Below, in pieces: positions 12,257 through 24,812 of a stretch of DNA of 64,000 nucleotides; positions within the stretch are counted from its first letter, which is position 1, and every line of letters starts with the position of its first letter. The stretch is from Callorhinchus milii (lineage: Eukaryota). The notes below the pieces were generated by a model. The model did no database searches, was not told the DNA's origin, and was given only the letters and a program-made list of their open reading frames with translations. The position numbers and the translations under genes are program-made. Location of the stretch: the NCBI RefSeq assembly GCF_018977255.1, contig NW_024704743.1, positions 77,564,001-77,628,000 on the forward strand. Direction: 5' to 3'.

Positions 12257-13893
12257 TATTCACTGGTTCCAAACAGGATGGAATTGTTCTGATGTTGAGC
12301 ACAAATGTGGAGCATTAAAAAGTTTTTTTTAAAAAAACCTGCATTGAGGAGCATCATGCATAATACAGCACAATGGAACACAATGCAGCACACAGCACAG
12401 TTGGTTGGACTAAAATGTGCCAAGTCTAATGTTGAAATTAAATGTTTAGTTTGGCAAATATCACATGGCAGCACAGTCGAAGTGTAAAGTGGTGTCAAAT
12501 GGTGCATGTGTTGATTAGAAGTAACTAGCTGTATTGGAAGTGATATAACTGGATGCTACTCAGCGCATCCAGTTATATTTCATAAAACACATGTTGTTCC
12601 TTGTTACTGTGTTTGTTGTATATGTAAAGAGGGCAACTTAAATTATATTATTTATGGAACAGAAGAGATTAATTTATAATGCTGTATATTAACAAGGAAT
12701 GAAATGGCTTGTTTATGCCAAGTTGACCATGGAGATTTAGCATTAAGGCTTTGAATTTCAGTGAGCCACAGACTAATCATTTTATTTAAGGGACATTCAT
12801 GCCTAAGATTTTTCAAAATAGTGATCTCATTATAAAGATGCAAAGAAAATATTGCTAGTTTTAGTCATCAGAATAAAGTAAGCTTCATTGAATCTGGTTT
12901 ATTGTAAGAAAGCAATAATAGAAGCTTTGATAATCTCCTGTAAACAGCTAATACAATGAATCAAGACTTCAGTGCTTATCAGGCTCTGTGGTAGAGTATC
13001 ACAAAATATCAAATCAAGTAATTCAGCCTTATAAACCAGACCCTTCTGTTTTCCTCCATTACCCTCATTGTTCTGACAACAACAGCAACAACTTGCATTT
13101 ATATAGCACTTTTCACTTGGGGTAGTTTCTCGGAGTGAAAAAAATTTTTATATTTATATTGTATTGTTTTATAATTTCATTTTTTATTGTACAATAGCAT
13201 CACAGTATTGAGCACAGAGTCACAGGTTTTCTTTATCTCGTGAATGGAGCAGAGGAAACATTGGAAATCAACTGTTTACTCTACCAGCAGAGTAACTTTG
13301 TTACTATCACATCACAAATAGATTTTTTACCCCTCTCTAGTCCTCCTTCTAACTCCCTGTTAATAGCATTTTCACCTCCCCCCCCCATTCAACTTCTTGT
13401 TATTATAACAAGTCCAATTGTTGGGATGGAATACACACACTCTCCCTGGAGGGACGTATCCTGCTTACCTCATTCCGGAAACTATTAGGCACAGGTTGCC
13501 TAATACAGGCAAATGCCTGTTGAATAACTTTTGAGGAAATTCTGAGGCTTGGGACAACAGCTGCTTGAAGGCATTATTTGGAGTCTGGGTTTGTGAACAC
13601 ACGTTGTATATCCAGGTCTTGTAACCACATTAATTGGTATGGAGAGAGGTAAGTAGCTGCTGCTGAACCATCACACCTCCAAGTGGTGGAACCTTTGCTC
13701 ATTGTTGGTAGCCATGTTTAACAACTCCATAGTTTGCTTCACTAATATGCTTTGAATTGAACTTCAATATTCAATGAAGCTCATGAGACACCCGCTTCAT
13801 GAATAAAATTTGGGACATCCTTCCAATGTTAAAGACATTTTTTAGTAGATTGTGTTATCATTATTGTAAAATCTATACTCCCGCTACCATCCA

Positions 13894-13894
<1 letters not shown>

Positions 13895-13925
<31 letters not shown>
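13895..13925. repeat. Poly-C plus (CA)n microsatellite
   Basis: Directly visible. Confidence 0.9.
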
Positions 13926-13934
13926 AACATTGAA

Positions 13935-14115
13935 CACATTGTAATTTGATACACCACCGTTCATGTTGGGAGAATGCCTCATTGAAATTCACAGGATTTA
14001 CTGTAAAGTATAGTGACAATTCACACATAGCAATGTCCCACAAACAGCAGTCAAATGAATAGCCAATTTTACCTGGGGGATTGTTGGCCAGGATATCAGG
14101 ATAAACACCTTTCTT
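13935..14115 (-). mobile_element. Deu-domain SINE, 3' part
   Basis: gcaatgtcccacaaacagc...ttgttggccaggatatcagga. Confidence 0.7.
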
Positions 14116-14289
14116 GTTAGTCTTCATCTAAGAAATAAGTAGTTCATCTATGGAGGGGAAGCATTTGTAATAACTCTAAGGATTCCCTTTTTAACAACAA
14201 CATTACATTTGATAGCATTTTACATTTTTAAACCTCAAGCCAGAGGGACCCAACACCTTGGAATGCATATAAGTTGATCTCATTGGCAA

Positions 14290-14830
14290 TGAGAGAGTCT
14301 TTGAAAGGCACCAATGTCTGTTGGGTTTATAGACCGCATGCTAAAAGTATCTGAAGTATTATGTTTGTAGCTCCTAAAAAGAAATTGGACACATGCACAC
14401 GTTATGCTTGGGGGCATGTATCCCAGTTGGATTTCTCAGTAAAGCTGGAGTAGAGCAGGAAATTGATCAATTCTCATTTTTTAAAGGGACGCCAATATCA
14501 CAATGATTATATCCCAGAATACTGTCTTTCCAGGGCAATTTCATAACAGAAGCATTTTCGCAGCTCTCTTGGCAACTTGGCACCATGCATGATATTCTAT
14601 GCAATTTATTTTCATCTTCTACCATTCTCACTGAGTCTGTTTTATTGTATCAAAAAATCATCTCAAAAGTTCCCAGAGTGACATAAAGCAACTTCAACTT
14701 GCAAAGCTATACCTCGCAGGGCATAGTGAGAAAAAACGAAACATGTCTGTGGCATCCGCAAGCATTCCTTCTGAATCATTGCTGTGCAGTTCACCCAAAC
14801 ACCGGGGTACTGCCCTGTTTTATGAATAGT
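14290..14830 (-). pseudogene. Highly degenerate PIF/Harbinger DDE transposase remnant
   Basis: Ordered minus-strand remnants: 'IALQVEVA..SGNF', 'IMHGAKLP/ESCENASVM' (cf. IMHVCARFPGSCHDAFIL), 'GYNHCDIGVPLK' (cf. GWLLGDxGYPL), 'LLRNP', and cagacattggt (cf. EQTIG). Confidence 0.5.
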
Positions 14831-16579
14831 AGTCAACCTCTTTACCCTAGCACAGAAATATAATTGGGTGACCCTCACCTGTGTTATAAGGGTACATAAG
14901 AGTACAGTTTGATTTTTCATTGGGTTCTGCACAATTATCGTGCATGTGTATATAATGAAATTAATTCTGTGCCTGCGCTTTATAGCCTGCAGCAAGTAGT
15001 GTAGAATCAGTCTTGTATGTATAATAGATCACAAGAGTTGTTCATGAATAATACAAATGCATTGAGTATATATACCAGTGTGTGAAGATGTTTATCATTG
15101 CTTAGAATCAAAGCGAACATGTAATATTGCAATCATACATTTGATGAATTTAGCACTGACTCTTCTTTGCCACAGTCTGCTAATTTTATGGTAAGGGTTC
15201 GCTGCGATAATTAGATTTCCAATAATATTATGATTATTCCCACATGGTAATTTAATTGTCAGTGTTTTTTAATATTGCACAATTGTAAATGTATTATTTT
15301 AATACATAAACCTGCAGATTTTTGTAAGTTACCTACGACACATCGGCACATCAATAACTTAATCTCCTACATTTTTTGCATATATTTATTGTTGAAGAAG
15401 TTGGTGGATCAAAGATGTCTGATTTAGAAGATTAGGTTGCAGTTTTATTCATAAGGTTGAGCCATTTGTTTTTATAGTAAATCTAACGTATAGATTCTCA
15501 CACTATCCTAATAACTCTATCAATAATCATAGACAAAGATTTATGTTGTGACATTCTTTGATGTGAAAGTTGTAAATAATCTAGACATAGTTACCCAGTA
15601 TTGATCAGCATCAACACCTAAAATCAGTTTCCTATAAACTTGTCATCTTGTCAAGACAAGCAATAAAATATGGCCTTGGTGATTGGGTTTGTGTTTAATA
15701 TTGAGTAAAATTTTATATTTCCACAGACACACTGGTCAAAGCATTTGCATTGTTAATGACAAATATGAAATGGGGAACTTTCTCAATGAACATTTGAATT
15801 CAAAGGTATTAGAGAACTCTTAGGAAGCATGATTCAATACTTACACCAAATAACTAATTTCTAAAGATACATTGCACTCAGTCCACGGGTTTCTGTATAA
15901 TAGTACTGAATTGGATGCTGGAGTTTTCTAATGGAATAGAAAGAGTTTTGTAATATCAATGATGGAAAAAATACTCTGAGTATTTAAAGGTTTGATTTTC
16001 ATAGTTCAAAACATTTGAAAATTACACATTGACTTCTTTTCGAATAAATGTCAATCTGATTAAGGTAGATTACTGTTGTATTTTTTTATAAATAAAAATG
16101 AAAGTGAATCCCAGCCCTGCGATTTCCCTCATTTTAAATCCTCCCGGACCTTTTTCTTTTGAAAATCTCACTTTAGCTATGTAAGTAAGGTGGCAAAACC
16201 ACAATGCTTCCAACAACAACTGTTCCCAGAGTTCTCTGTGTTTACCTGATAGACTGCGTTTAAACAGTTTTTCAGTCTTCCAGTGAGAAACTCTTCCAAT
16301 CCCATTGGTACTATTTGCGTTTTCCTATTCTTTGTGTTGCTTTAACCAGCAATGAGTTTTATATTTCTATATTTTCTTGATTTTATTCTGGCTAGAAACC
16401 AGAATGTAACTTTTTACTTGACCTCATGGGTTCAAATAATGCTTGTACATTAGTTTCTGTACAGAGACTCTCTCTTTGTAAGGGCTCTTCAGAATATGTA
16501 AATTGTTTCCAACAATTTTATACAACTTTCTTCATACATGCTATTTATAAAAAATATTGCATATGATGTAATGATTTCA

Positions 16580-16945
16580 TGTCATGAAGATATCTCAAAG
16601 TGCTTCACAGAATATGCTGTAAAGTGCAGTCGCTATATTTTGTAGGTTATCACAGCAGGTAATTTACAACTAGCAATGTCCCACAAACAGCCAAGTTTGA
16701 TTTCTGTAATCGTTGGTCAGGACATCAGGATAAACTCCCTTCTCTTTTCGAACAGTGCCGTGGGATCTATCACATCCACCTGAACAGGCAATGGAGTCTT
16801 GGTTTAACATCTCATCTGAAGGGCGGCATCTCCAACAATGCAGCACATCTCGAGAACTAAGTGTGAGCCTTGATTATATAACTTTAAAGTCCTGATTTTG
16901 GTGCTTGAATACATAAGAGTGCTACCGACTGAGACAAGCTGACAC
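16580..16945 (-). mobile_element. Near full-length Deu-domain SINE (SacSINE1-like)
   Basis: agtgccgtgggatct...ggtttaacatctcatctgaa.ggcggcatctcc.acaatgcagcac; head gagtgctaccgactgag.caagctgac. Confidence 0.85.
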
Positions 16946-17647
16946 AGTCTTCCAAGAGAGATGAATACTTTATAGACTTGTGTGTTGAAATTTTAGTTGT
17001 GGTTACACGTAACACCTTTGGCTATGTGTGACTATGCTAAGAAAATCCCACCATTAGTCACCACTGCCAAAGCGTCTACACCTAACATTGAACCTCAGTC
17101 TGTAGATTTCAGTCCTTTGGTAACTTAACTCCAAAAGGGTACTACAGGCATTTGCATTATTAGAATTCACAGGCATAAATAAAATAAGGCCATTTTGCCC
17201 ATTAAGTCCAATTCTTTTACAGTCCATTCAAAACATACCATATCATAAACTTTACCCTTTCACTCAATCTGCTAATCCCCATAGGTAAGAAAGGAAATTG
17301 TTCTTTGGATGGTCGGGTAGCTAAACTACAAACATTCTGCTTAATTTTGTCATCCATGTGATATATTTCTTTCACTGAATGGGCCAGAGATACCCCTCTC
17401 CGGCTCCCACCCATCCAAATTGTTCTTGATGGTGAAGTCTGAGAAGCCAGGTTTGTGTATTGGGCTCCCAACTCATAAATCACGGTCTTTGTAAGATGCT
17501 CAGCAGAATACTGGATTTTTAGTAAACAGAAATCTCAAAAACAATTGCTCTAACCAGGAATCAAAATTAAACACAAAAAGTTTAAAAGTCCAAGACCACA
17601 TCCAAAGGCTCTCAACCTTAAACAATTTAACAGTCTCTGCTAACACA

Positions 17648-17835
17648 TATAATAATAATCCTTATATTTGCTATGCCCCTTATCACATCATCGAGATATC
17701 TCAAAGTGCTTCACAGAATATACTGTAAAATGTATTGATTGTATTTTGTGGACGAAATTGGCAGCCAATTACACACAGCAACCCGGGTCCTCTCGCTTGC
17801 AATGCAAGTGCTCTAACCACGCAACAGGTCTCCAT
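17648..17835 (-). mobile_element. tRNA-Ala SINE with internal deletion
   Basis: The tail is joined directly to the head (acccgggtcctctcgcttgcaatgcaagtgctctaaccac). Confidence 0.85.
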
Positions 17836-18224
17836 TATTGTGCCTTGTCACATCGTCAAGACATCTCATAGCACTCCACAGGATGCACTGTAAAGTATGT
17901 GTATTTTTTGGTATGGGAGAAGGGCATCTCCTTCAAAATTCAATATGATAGATGGATTACAAATTTGATTTAACTCTGGTCACACCAGCACAGGACAGCA
18001 TAGCTTGCCACAGAATACAGTCAAATGCTCTGAAGATCTGCAGCTGGTATTTAATTAGCTTTATTGACAAATAGCTTAATATTGAATGGAAATCTTCAAG
18101 GATTGATCAACAAAAAATCTAAATCTTTTTCTTTCTCACCTGTGAGTATCCATATGCCTTTCCTTGGCCCAGCTGTTTAATTGGTGGAAGCTTTTTTGAA
18201 TACAGTCTAGTTGATACTTCATCG

Positions 18225-18545
18225 TAGTGGTGGGGGAGCACTGCATTGTTGGAGGTGACTGCTTTAAGATAAGACATTAAACGAGTCCTGCCTGATCCTT
18301 AACAGGTGGACGATAAGGATCCCATGGCAATATTCGAAAAGAGAAAGGAGTTTCTCCCAATGTCCAGACCACCAATCCCCAAATAAAATTGGTCACTCAC
18401 TGTTGGCACATTGCTGTGTGAAAATTGGCTGCCACCTTTGCCTGCAAACTACAGAGTTATTCCACTTTACAGTAAAATCTGAAGTGTTTTGAGACATTTC
18501 GACTATGTGATAAGGTGCTATAGCAAATTCACGGCTCATTATTAT
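18225..18545 (+). mobile_element. Deu-domain SINE, 5'-truncated
   Basis: ctgcattgttggaggtg...gatcccatggca.tattcgaaaagagaaaggagtttctccc... Confidence 0.85.
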
Positions 18546-18679
18546 CTAATGTATCAACTATGTTGACAGCAGGAGAATCAGAACAGACTGATCAAGAACT
18601 CCACCAGTCGCTATCCTCCAGACAGACCTCCATCTGTTTATCACCTCTGTTTCCTGTTGCTAGGCCGCCTTTAAACTAA

Positions 18680-19030
18680 TCAGCAAACCTGCTCTGAATT
18701 CCATGGCTATTAACCTTTGAAAGTCTTGCATCTGCAACTTTATCAACCATTTTTTGAAAATCCAAATAAGTTATCCAAGCAGTTTCCTTTTATCCATTAG
18801 TTTAGTTATTTCTTCAAATAATTCCAGTGGATTTGTGAGACTGCATTGGTAATGGAGGAGACTGGGGTCAGAAGGGATAATGAGGCCCAGAATGTCAATA
18901 GAGATATCAAAGATAAGAGCTGGCAGCTGTTTTTGAACTTTGAGGGTGAGCAATATGCAGGAAACTGAAGAGTGGAATCATCAGCAAATGAGTGAAAAAT
19001 TGAGGAATTTATTGTGGTGGAGAGGGACAA
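18680..19030 (-). mobile_element. Degenerate CR1-type RT fragments
   Basis: 'SLTNPLELFEEITKLMDK', ttggattttcaaaaa..ttgataaagtt (LDFQKAFDKV motif) and an adjacent 'HSFADDSTL' piece. Confidence 0.75.
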
Positions 19031-22000
19031 AGTATGGGAAAGTGGGAGAAAGAGAAGAGGGACTTGATTGTTCTTAATTCAGAACATTCAAATCAGAATT
19101 TAAATTACGGTCTCCATTCAGAGAAGCAATACATATCTCAATCTAACTCACAGAGTCGAAATTCAGATTCAATATTTGAATTCTAATTAGAATTTTACCA
19201 AATCGCCTGATTTCCGGCAACAAATCTTCAAATCTTTCCTCAGAGAAACTTCCATGTCGAATGCAATGAAATCAATAAGAAGTGAAATAAGTTGCTCCTT
19301 GTTGCATTTGCTACTAGCAATAGTGCTCAGATTTGAATTACATTCTTCCATTTGGAGGGAATTGTGAACACATTCACTTGCTGCGTGTCAAAAGAAAATG
19401 GTAATAAAGACAGAAAATTATTCTGTGCAGAAAAGAGCCTATAAGAGAAAATCCACTGGAATGAAACTTTCTCAGTTCAAAAATTTTAATAGAATTGGAA
19501 CATTAGGAAGACTGACCAAATAAATGGAGAGTATCAACACATAAGGAATTCACTGTGTTATGAACCTGTATGAACAGGTTTCTACCATTCCAGAGACTTA
19601 TTGTTTTCACAGTTAAGCTGTGGTTTGTGCTGGTTAAAGATCTCAAATTCTACACCGTGATGTTATAAAAGAGGGTTGCTATAAGAGGAATAATCCTGCC
19701 AAATAGGAACTGTGTCCACAGTTTATTATCAAGAAAACAAACCACACAATGAAATGCGTTTGAGACAGAAGCTAGGTGGATTATTTTTCTGCTTGCGTGG
19801 GCAATCCATCTCCTCTCTATTGATTTACTGCATGATCACTCCGTTTACATGCTAATTACATGTGGCTCCAGTGAATTTGTTAGTGGTGACAGTTGGAGAC
19901 GCTGTGGGACCACAGCTCATTATATGGCGGTGTCCAGATACATCAGATATTATTAGCTGTCATTAATCTGCCATACAAACACTGAATGCACAAATACGGC
20001 AGCCAGCAAATAAAAGAGTGCAAATGATGACTAATAGCACCTTGACCTAAAGGTTGAAGGTCACAACAGGCAGGGAAAAAATGCTTTTAAAGGACAAATC
20101 TAGGTGTTGTTGGAACTCTGTGTAAAGGATTATAAGCAAATGGAAGAATCCAGTCAGGGACTATGTGCCTCATTAATACAAGGTCTAGGTGAAGTGATTT
20201 TTGTTTGATGAACACTTGAGCTCCCACTGGTTCTCACTGTGGATGTTGAATGAAATGGAGTAAATGGTATAATTACTATGATCTCTCTTTAAAATCAATG
20301 TGGAGTCTTTTGGGCATGGCTCTCAGCAAATTGAGTTCCTTTTGTGCCAATTGAGTGAGGTTTGTATAAACTGTGGGGGTGCCTTTCAGCTCCAGTCACT
20401 GCAAGAATGGTGAAGGGTCAACCTGATTGGTTTTGTGTGGGATGAATAGAGACGAAACAGACTGAGAAGTATGGCCAGTGGAACAGATTGAACCTTATAA
20501 TCCACAGCCTATTCTACATATTTTCTTTATCCAAAGCAAAGCAAGAAAGAAAGGCAAATGATCACTATAAATGCATGCAATGCAACATGCTTGTGTATTC
20601 TACTACATCAAACCTATCAAGAAATGAAATATACACTTTCCTTCCTTTCATATACCTCAAGACTTCCTTACAATTTCCCACACAGTTTATATGCATTTAA
20701 TCTTCAAAAGGTGATGGCAGCATCAATTATTACTGAAAGGTTGGCAGCCATCTTTTCCCTCTGGGACCAGAAAAATTACTTTTTGAATCAAAAGAAAAAA
20801 ATACACTTTTTCCGGTAGGTTTTCAGATAAGTAGGAACAGAATGAAGCAGCAGGACAGAGTGTTTTATATCTAATATTAACTTGTGAGATTATTTCTTCT
20901 GAGGTCCTAACTATAGGAAGAACTGAAGATTCATTTCAATGTTTCAATGTTTTGCATGTCTGCAACTGTATCAAAAGCAGCGTCATTAAAGAGACCATTC
21001 AGTTTTTATAATCATTCCCACAGCATTTTATAGAGAAGGCAGAATGAATATTGTGTTATATTCCAGGTTTATTGCAGGAATTAATTCATTTCCATGGAAA
21101 AGATAAACTCTATATTGCAGGTCCAGTACACTTGTCTCCTTTCTTTTCTCCTAGGCAGTGACTGAGTAAAAACAATAAAACAGAAACTGACAATATCACC
21201 TCATCATATTGAAACCTTTTTTTCTGATGTAACCTTGGCCTTGTGATTTACAAAGTTATTTTAAAAAATAAAACGTGGGAGAAGCTGACTGACTCCCTGT
21301 GTCCTGCAGAAGTTTTTCTCTTCATTACTCACCATATTTAATACAGTGACTATTTCCAACACTATTTCTCATTACTTTCCCGAGTTTCTTACATATCTTC
21401 ATGCTGCATATGCGTTCATGTTTAAAAAATGTTTAGGCTTAAGGGATATGAGGGGTAAGATTCCAGGTGTCTGTGAATGCATGAGTAAAGTGGTATTTTG
21501 TAGACCTTTTTATCATATGCAGTGAATTGCATGCATTTCCATGGAGCCAGATTTTAAAGTACAGTGTCGTGAAAAACAATCATCAAAGAAAAGAGCAAAA
21601 GGTAGTCTGCTGGATTAGTTCTATCTGGCACAATTATCTTAACAAGGAATTAATAGAAGAAGTAGCTAACATGTAGCAGGAGGAAGGTTTTATGGATTAT
21701 ACTTTATTGTTTATGTTACAGCAAAGTCAGGCAGTGATCGTCAGACCACGTTTGTACAGAATAGCTCAGATACATTTGAAGAAAAGCACAGAATTAGTGA
21801 TTAGAGAACCTGAAGGTAAGACACATGCTGCAAACAGTGTAAGGCAACTTAAAGTGTGGATATTGTACTTGCCAAACAAACAGGAGTGCCCTCAACCAGG
21901 TATAAGATGAAGTAGATGACATTGGAAAGAAAAAACATTAACTTTATTAATTGCTATAGGAGCTTTTTAAATAGCATGAGCAAAGTTATTTGTGGTTTGC

Positions 22001-22844
22001 ACAATTTGAATTTATATCAAAATTGACAACATCTTTTTTTCATTTTTTCAAGGTTCTGTGCACTTATTTGGGTGAAACAAGCAACAAAATATGATAACTA
22101 ATTATTAGATTTTTGCTCTTGTTGTATTGTGAAACAAAATTCTCCAGCAAAACCTAGAAACAGCTAAGTGTCCTACATTCTCTTGCCATGAGTTCCTTAA
22201 ACTAGCAATGGATTAGAGAGACATCACTTCCACTAAGTTGCTTGCTACGTTATCAGGAATCAGTGTGACTTCACCATGAATTTGACAACAACTTACATTT
22301 CTAATTTGCCCTTCATACTGGATAAGGTCTTGAAACACTGCACAGTGGTGGCTTGGATGCCGAACAAGGGAGGAGGGGAAGGAGAATGTGACGGTCAATC
22401 GACCATTGACACCTTACATTACACAACAAACCAGCAGCAATACAGGATCTCTTTGTTTCTGTGGTTTCAGCCACAGACAGCTACCATTGCAAAGATGAAA
22501 ATGACTGCAAACTGTGTACAAGGATGGTGTGAGTATGTGTGCATGTGTGCGCAGAGGGGACATTTAGTATCTGCTGCTATTGGCTTTAAAGTCACAGGCT
22601 AATCCACATCCTAAATGGTCTGAGTCCACAAGACATAACCAGAAGTGTTCCAGTGGGAATTCAATTCAATTTGGGTTCATTCCCATTGCTTTCCCTTATA
22701 TTTCAGGAGCTGCTTGAGGAGAAAGATGATTAAGGATGATTAAGATTTCTTTTTAATAACCAAGTCCATTGTAACTATATGTTTTTTTAAATCTTTTTTC
22801 ACTGCAATCCATTGACAATTGTTCCTATTTACGCAGCAAGGAGC

Positions 22845-23185
22845 ATAATAAAAATAGTAACAATATTGCATTTCATATAGCGCCTTTCACATTGGGAGGA
22901 CGTCTCAAACCACTTCACAGGATATGGTGTAAAGCATTGTGTCTGCATATTTTTGTAGGCAAACTTGGCAGCTAATTTGCATACAGCAATGTCCCACAAA
23001 CATCCATGAAGTGAATGACCAATTTTATTTGGAGGATTGTTGGCCAGGCCACCCGGAGAAACGCATTTCTCTTTTTGAATAGTGCCATGGGATCTTTAAT
23101 GTTTACCTTTACTATGAACAGGTGCACAGAACCTGGGCTTAACATCTCACTGCAGGACAGCACCTCTGACAATGCAGTACTCCTT
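22845..23185 (-). mobile_element. Deu-domain SINE, 5'-truncated
   Basis: gaatagtgccatgggatctttaa...gacagcacctctgacaatgcagtactc. Confidence 0.85.
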
Positions 23186-24354
23186 TAGTGATTTATGTAG
23201 AGAGCAGCAGAACCAATGTGAGAATTTATAACTGCTACATCAAATTGGATTTTAACGCAACACTTTAGATTTTCCATCTCGAACTTTCTCCATCATATTG
23301 TTCTATTGATCTGTGACCCTAAAAAGATGGGTCTGGCAAGCAGCATCCAAGGTTTATTACATCTAATCTGCTCAGATGACTGCAATCCAATCTCTGCTGT
23401 TGCATCTCATAAGATACTTTATAATAAGCCATTAATTGGACAGACAGGCTGCTAAGTGCGAGGGTCATAAACATTTCAAGAGTTATAAAACTTTCATTAA
23501 GTTCTCACGATAACAGGCCAGATGCTGACCTTTCCTGTGTTTGGAACTCAAAACAAAAGAAAGGCCCGTTTCAAAAGTGAACAAATGAGGCCTTTGTGCC
23601 ATGAATTTTTTTTTACAAAATTATCACAGCCACTTGACTTGGCCAGAGATAGAGATCTCAACAGTGCAAAGCAGCAAACAAAGACTCAATTTAATAATTT
23701 TATTAAAACAAGTTAGAGGATTTGCATGAGATAGCACTGTACTCAGACCTTTCAATACTGACCTCTGCAATTCATATTTGAACTTCCAATTACTTCAGGG
23801 TTCCTTTAATTTTACAGTCCAAATCTTTCACAATTGCCAATTTACCAGTAGTTCATAGTGATTTACATTTGCTCTAACCACGGAAACTGAACATTTTCCT
23901 GCCCACGATATCTCACTCATTTGGGTAATAAAGTTAAAGGAGCCCCGATTACAACATTGGTATCAATTTAGCGGGATTTCTTAATGATTTCTTGATTAAA
24001 ATATCCAGAAATCTCTAATGGCGAGATGTGAGAATGCTATTGCAACTCAATCGGTTTTGTGAGCGGGTTTCCTCAAGGCGGAGTGATGTACTTCCAGTTA
24101 CCGGAACGAGTCCCCATTCCCATTTCTTTATTTAAAAAAATCAGCTAAGAATTGCAGCAAAATTCACCTTGGATGTTTGCTACAATAATATTACTTTCAA
24201 GATACTAGATCTCACTTGTTTTCTTGACAAACACAATTTTTAACAACATTTTTAAAGTGTTCAGTGGCCAGCTGTGTACCTCCATTGACTTACACATTAA
24301 CATATGCATAGGAAAGGTTTTTTTTAAGTACAAAGTGAACAGATGTATTAATGA

Positions 24355-24640
24355 CCAGAGCAAAGTAGTTGGGATCAGTGCAATGGAGTAGCGAACCTTT
24401 TGAAATGGGACATGAGTTTGAATCCAATCTGGATTGATGGATTAACAATCTGTCTTTCTCCTTGCCTTAACCTGTCTGTCTTAAAAAAATTAATTTCTTA
24501 AATCCATTGCATTTGATATAAATCCTTGTCATGTCGTCAAGGGGTCTCAAAGAGATTTACTGTAAAGTGGTGTGAGCGAGTGTATTTTGTGGGCGAACTC
24601 AGTATCTTAGTTCAGTTGCTAGTGGGCATAAATCTATAAC
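24355..24640 (+). mobile_element. Possible LF-SINE-related ancient SINE, interrupted by a minus-strand SINE fragment (about 24505-24598)
   Basis: gaaccttt...gagtttgaatcca (tRNA-like B box) and tcttagttcagttgctagtgggca resemble my recollection of LF-SINE-type consensus; not verified. Confidence 0.35.
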
Positions 24641-24644
24641 ACTA

Positions 24645-24812
24645 AAGTGTGTTGGTTAAATACATGAGGGAGAAGGGAACTGTGGGGTATTTGAGGGAGA
24701 TAGGAACAAGGGATTAGGAGGGTTAGTGGCTCATGTGAAATATAAACACCGGCATGGACTAGTGGGGCTGAATGGTATATTATGGTGCTGCACAGTCTAC
24801 CTAATTCTATGT
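24645..24812 (+). mobile_element. CR1 LINE 3' UTR
   Basis: ggctcatgtg.aatataaacaccggcatggact.gtggggctgaatgg...ctatgt, a shark-type CR1 tail. Confidence 0.75.

Noticed and set aside
19179..19194. 16-bp palindrome aattctaattagaatt
   Set aside because: AT-rich and short; plausible by chance.
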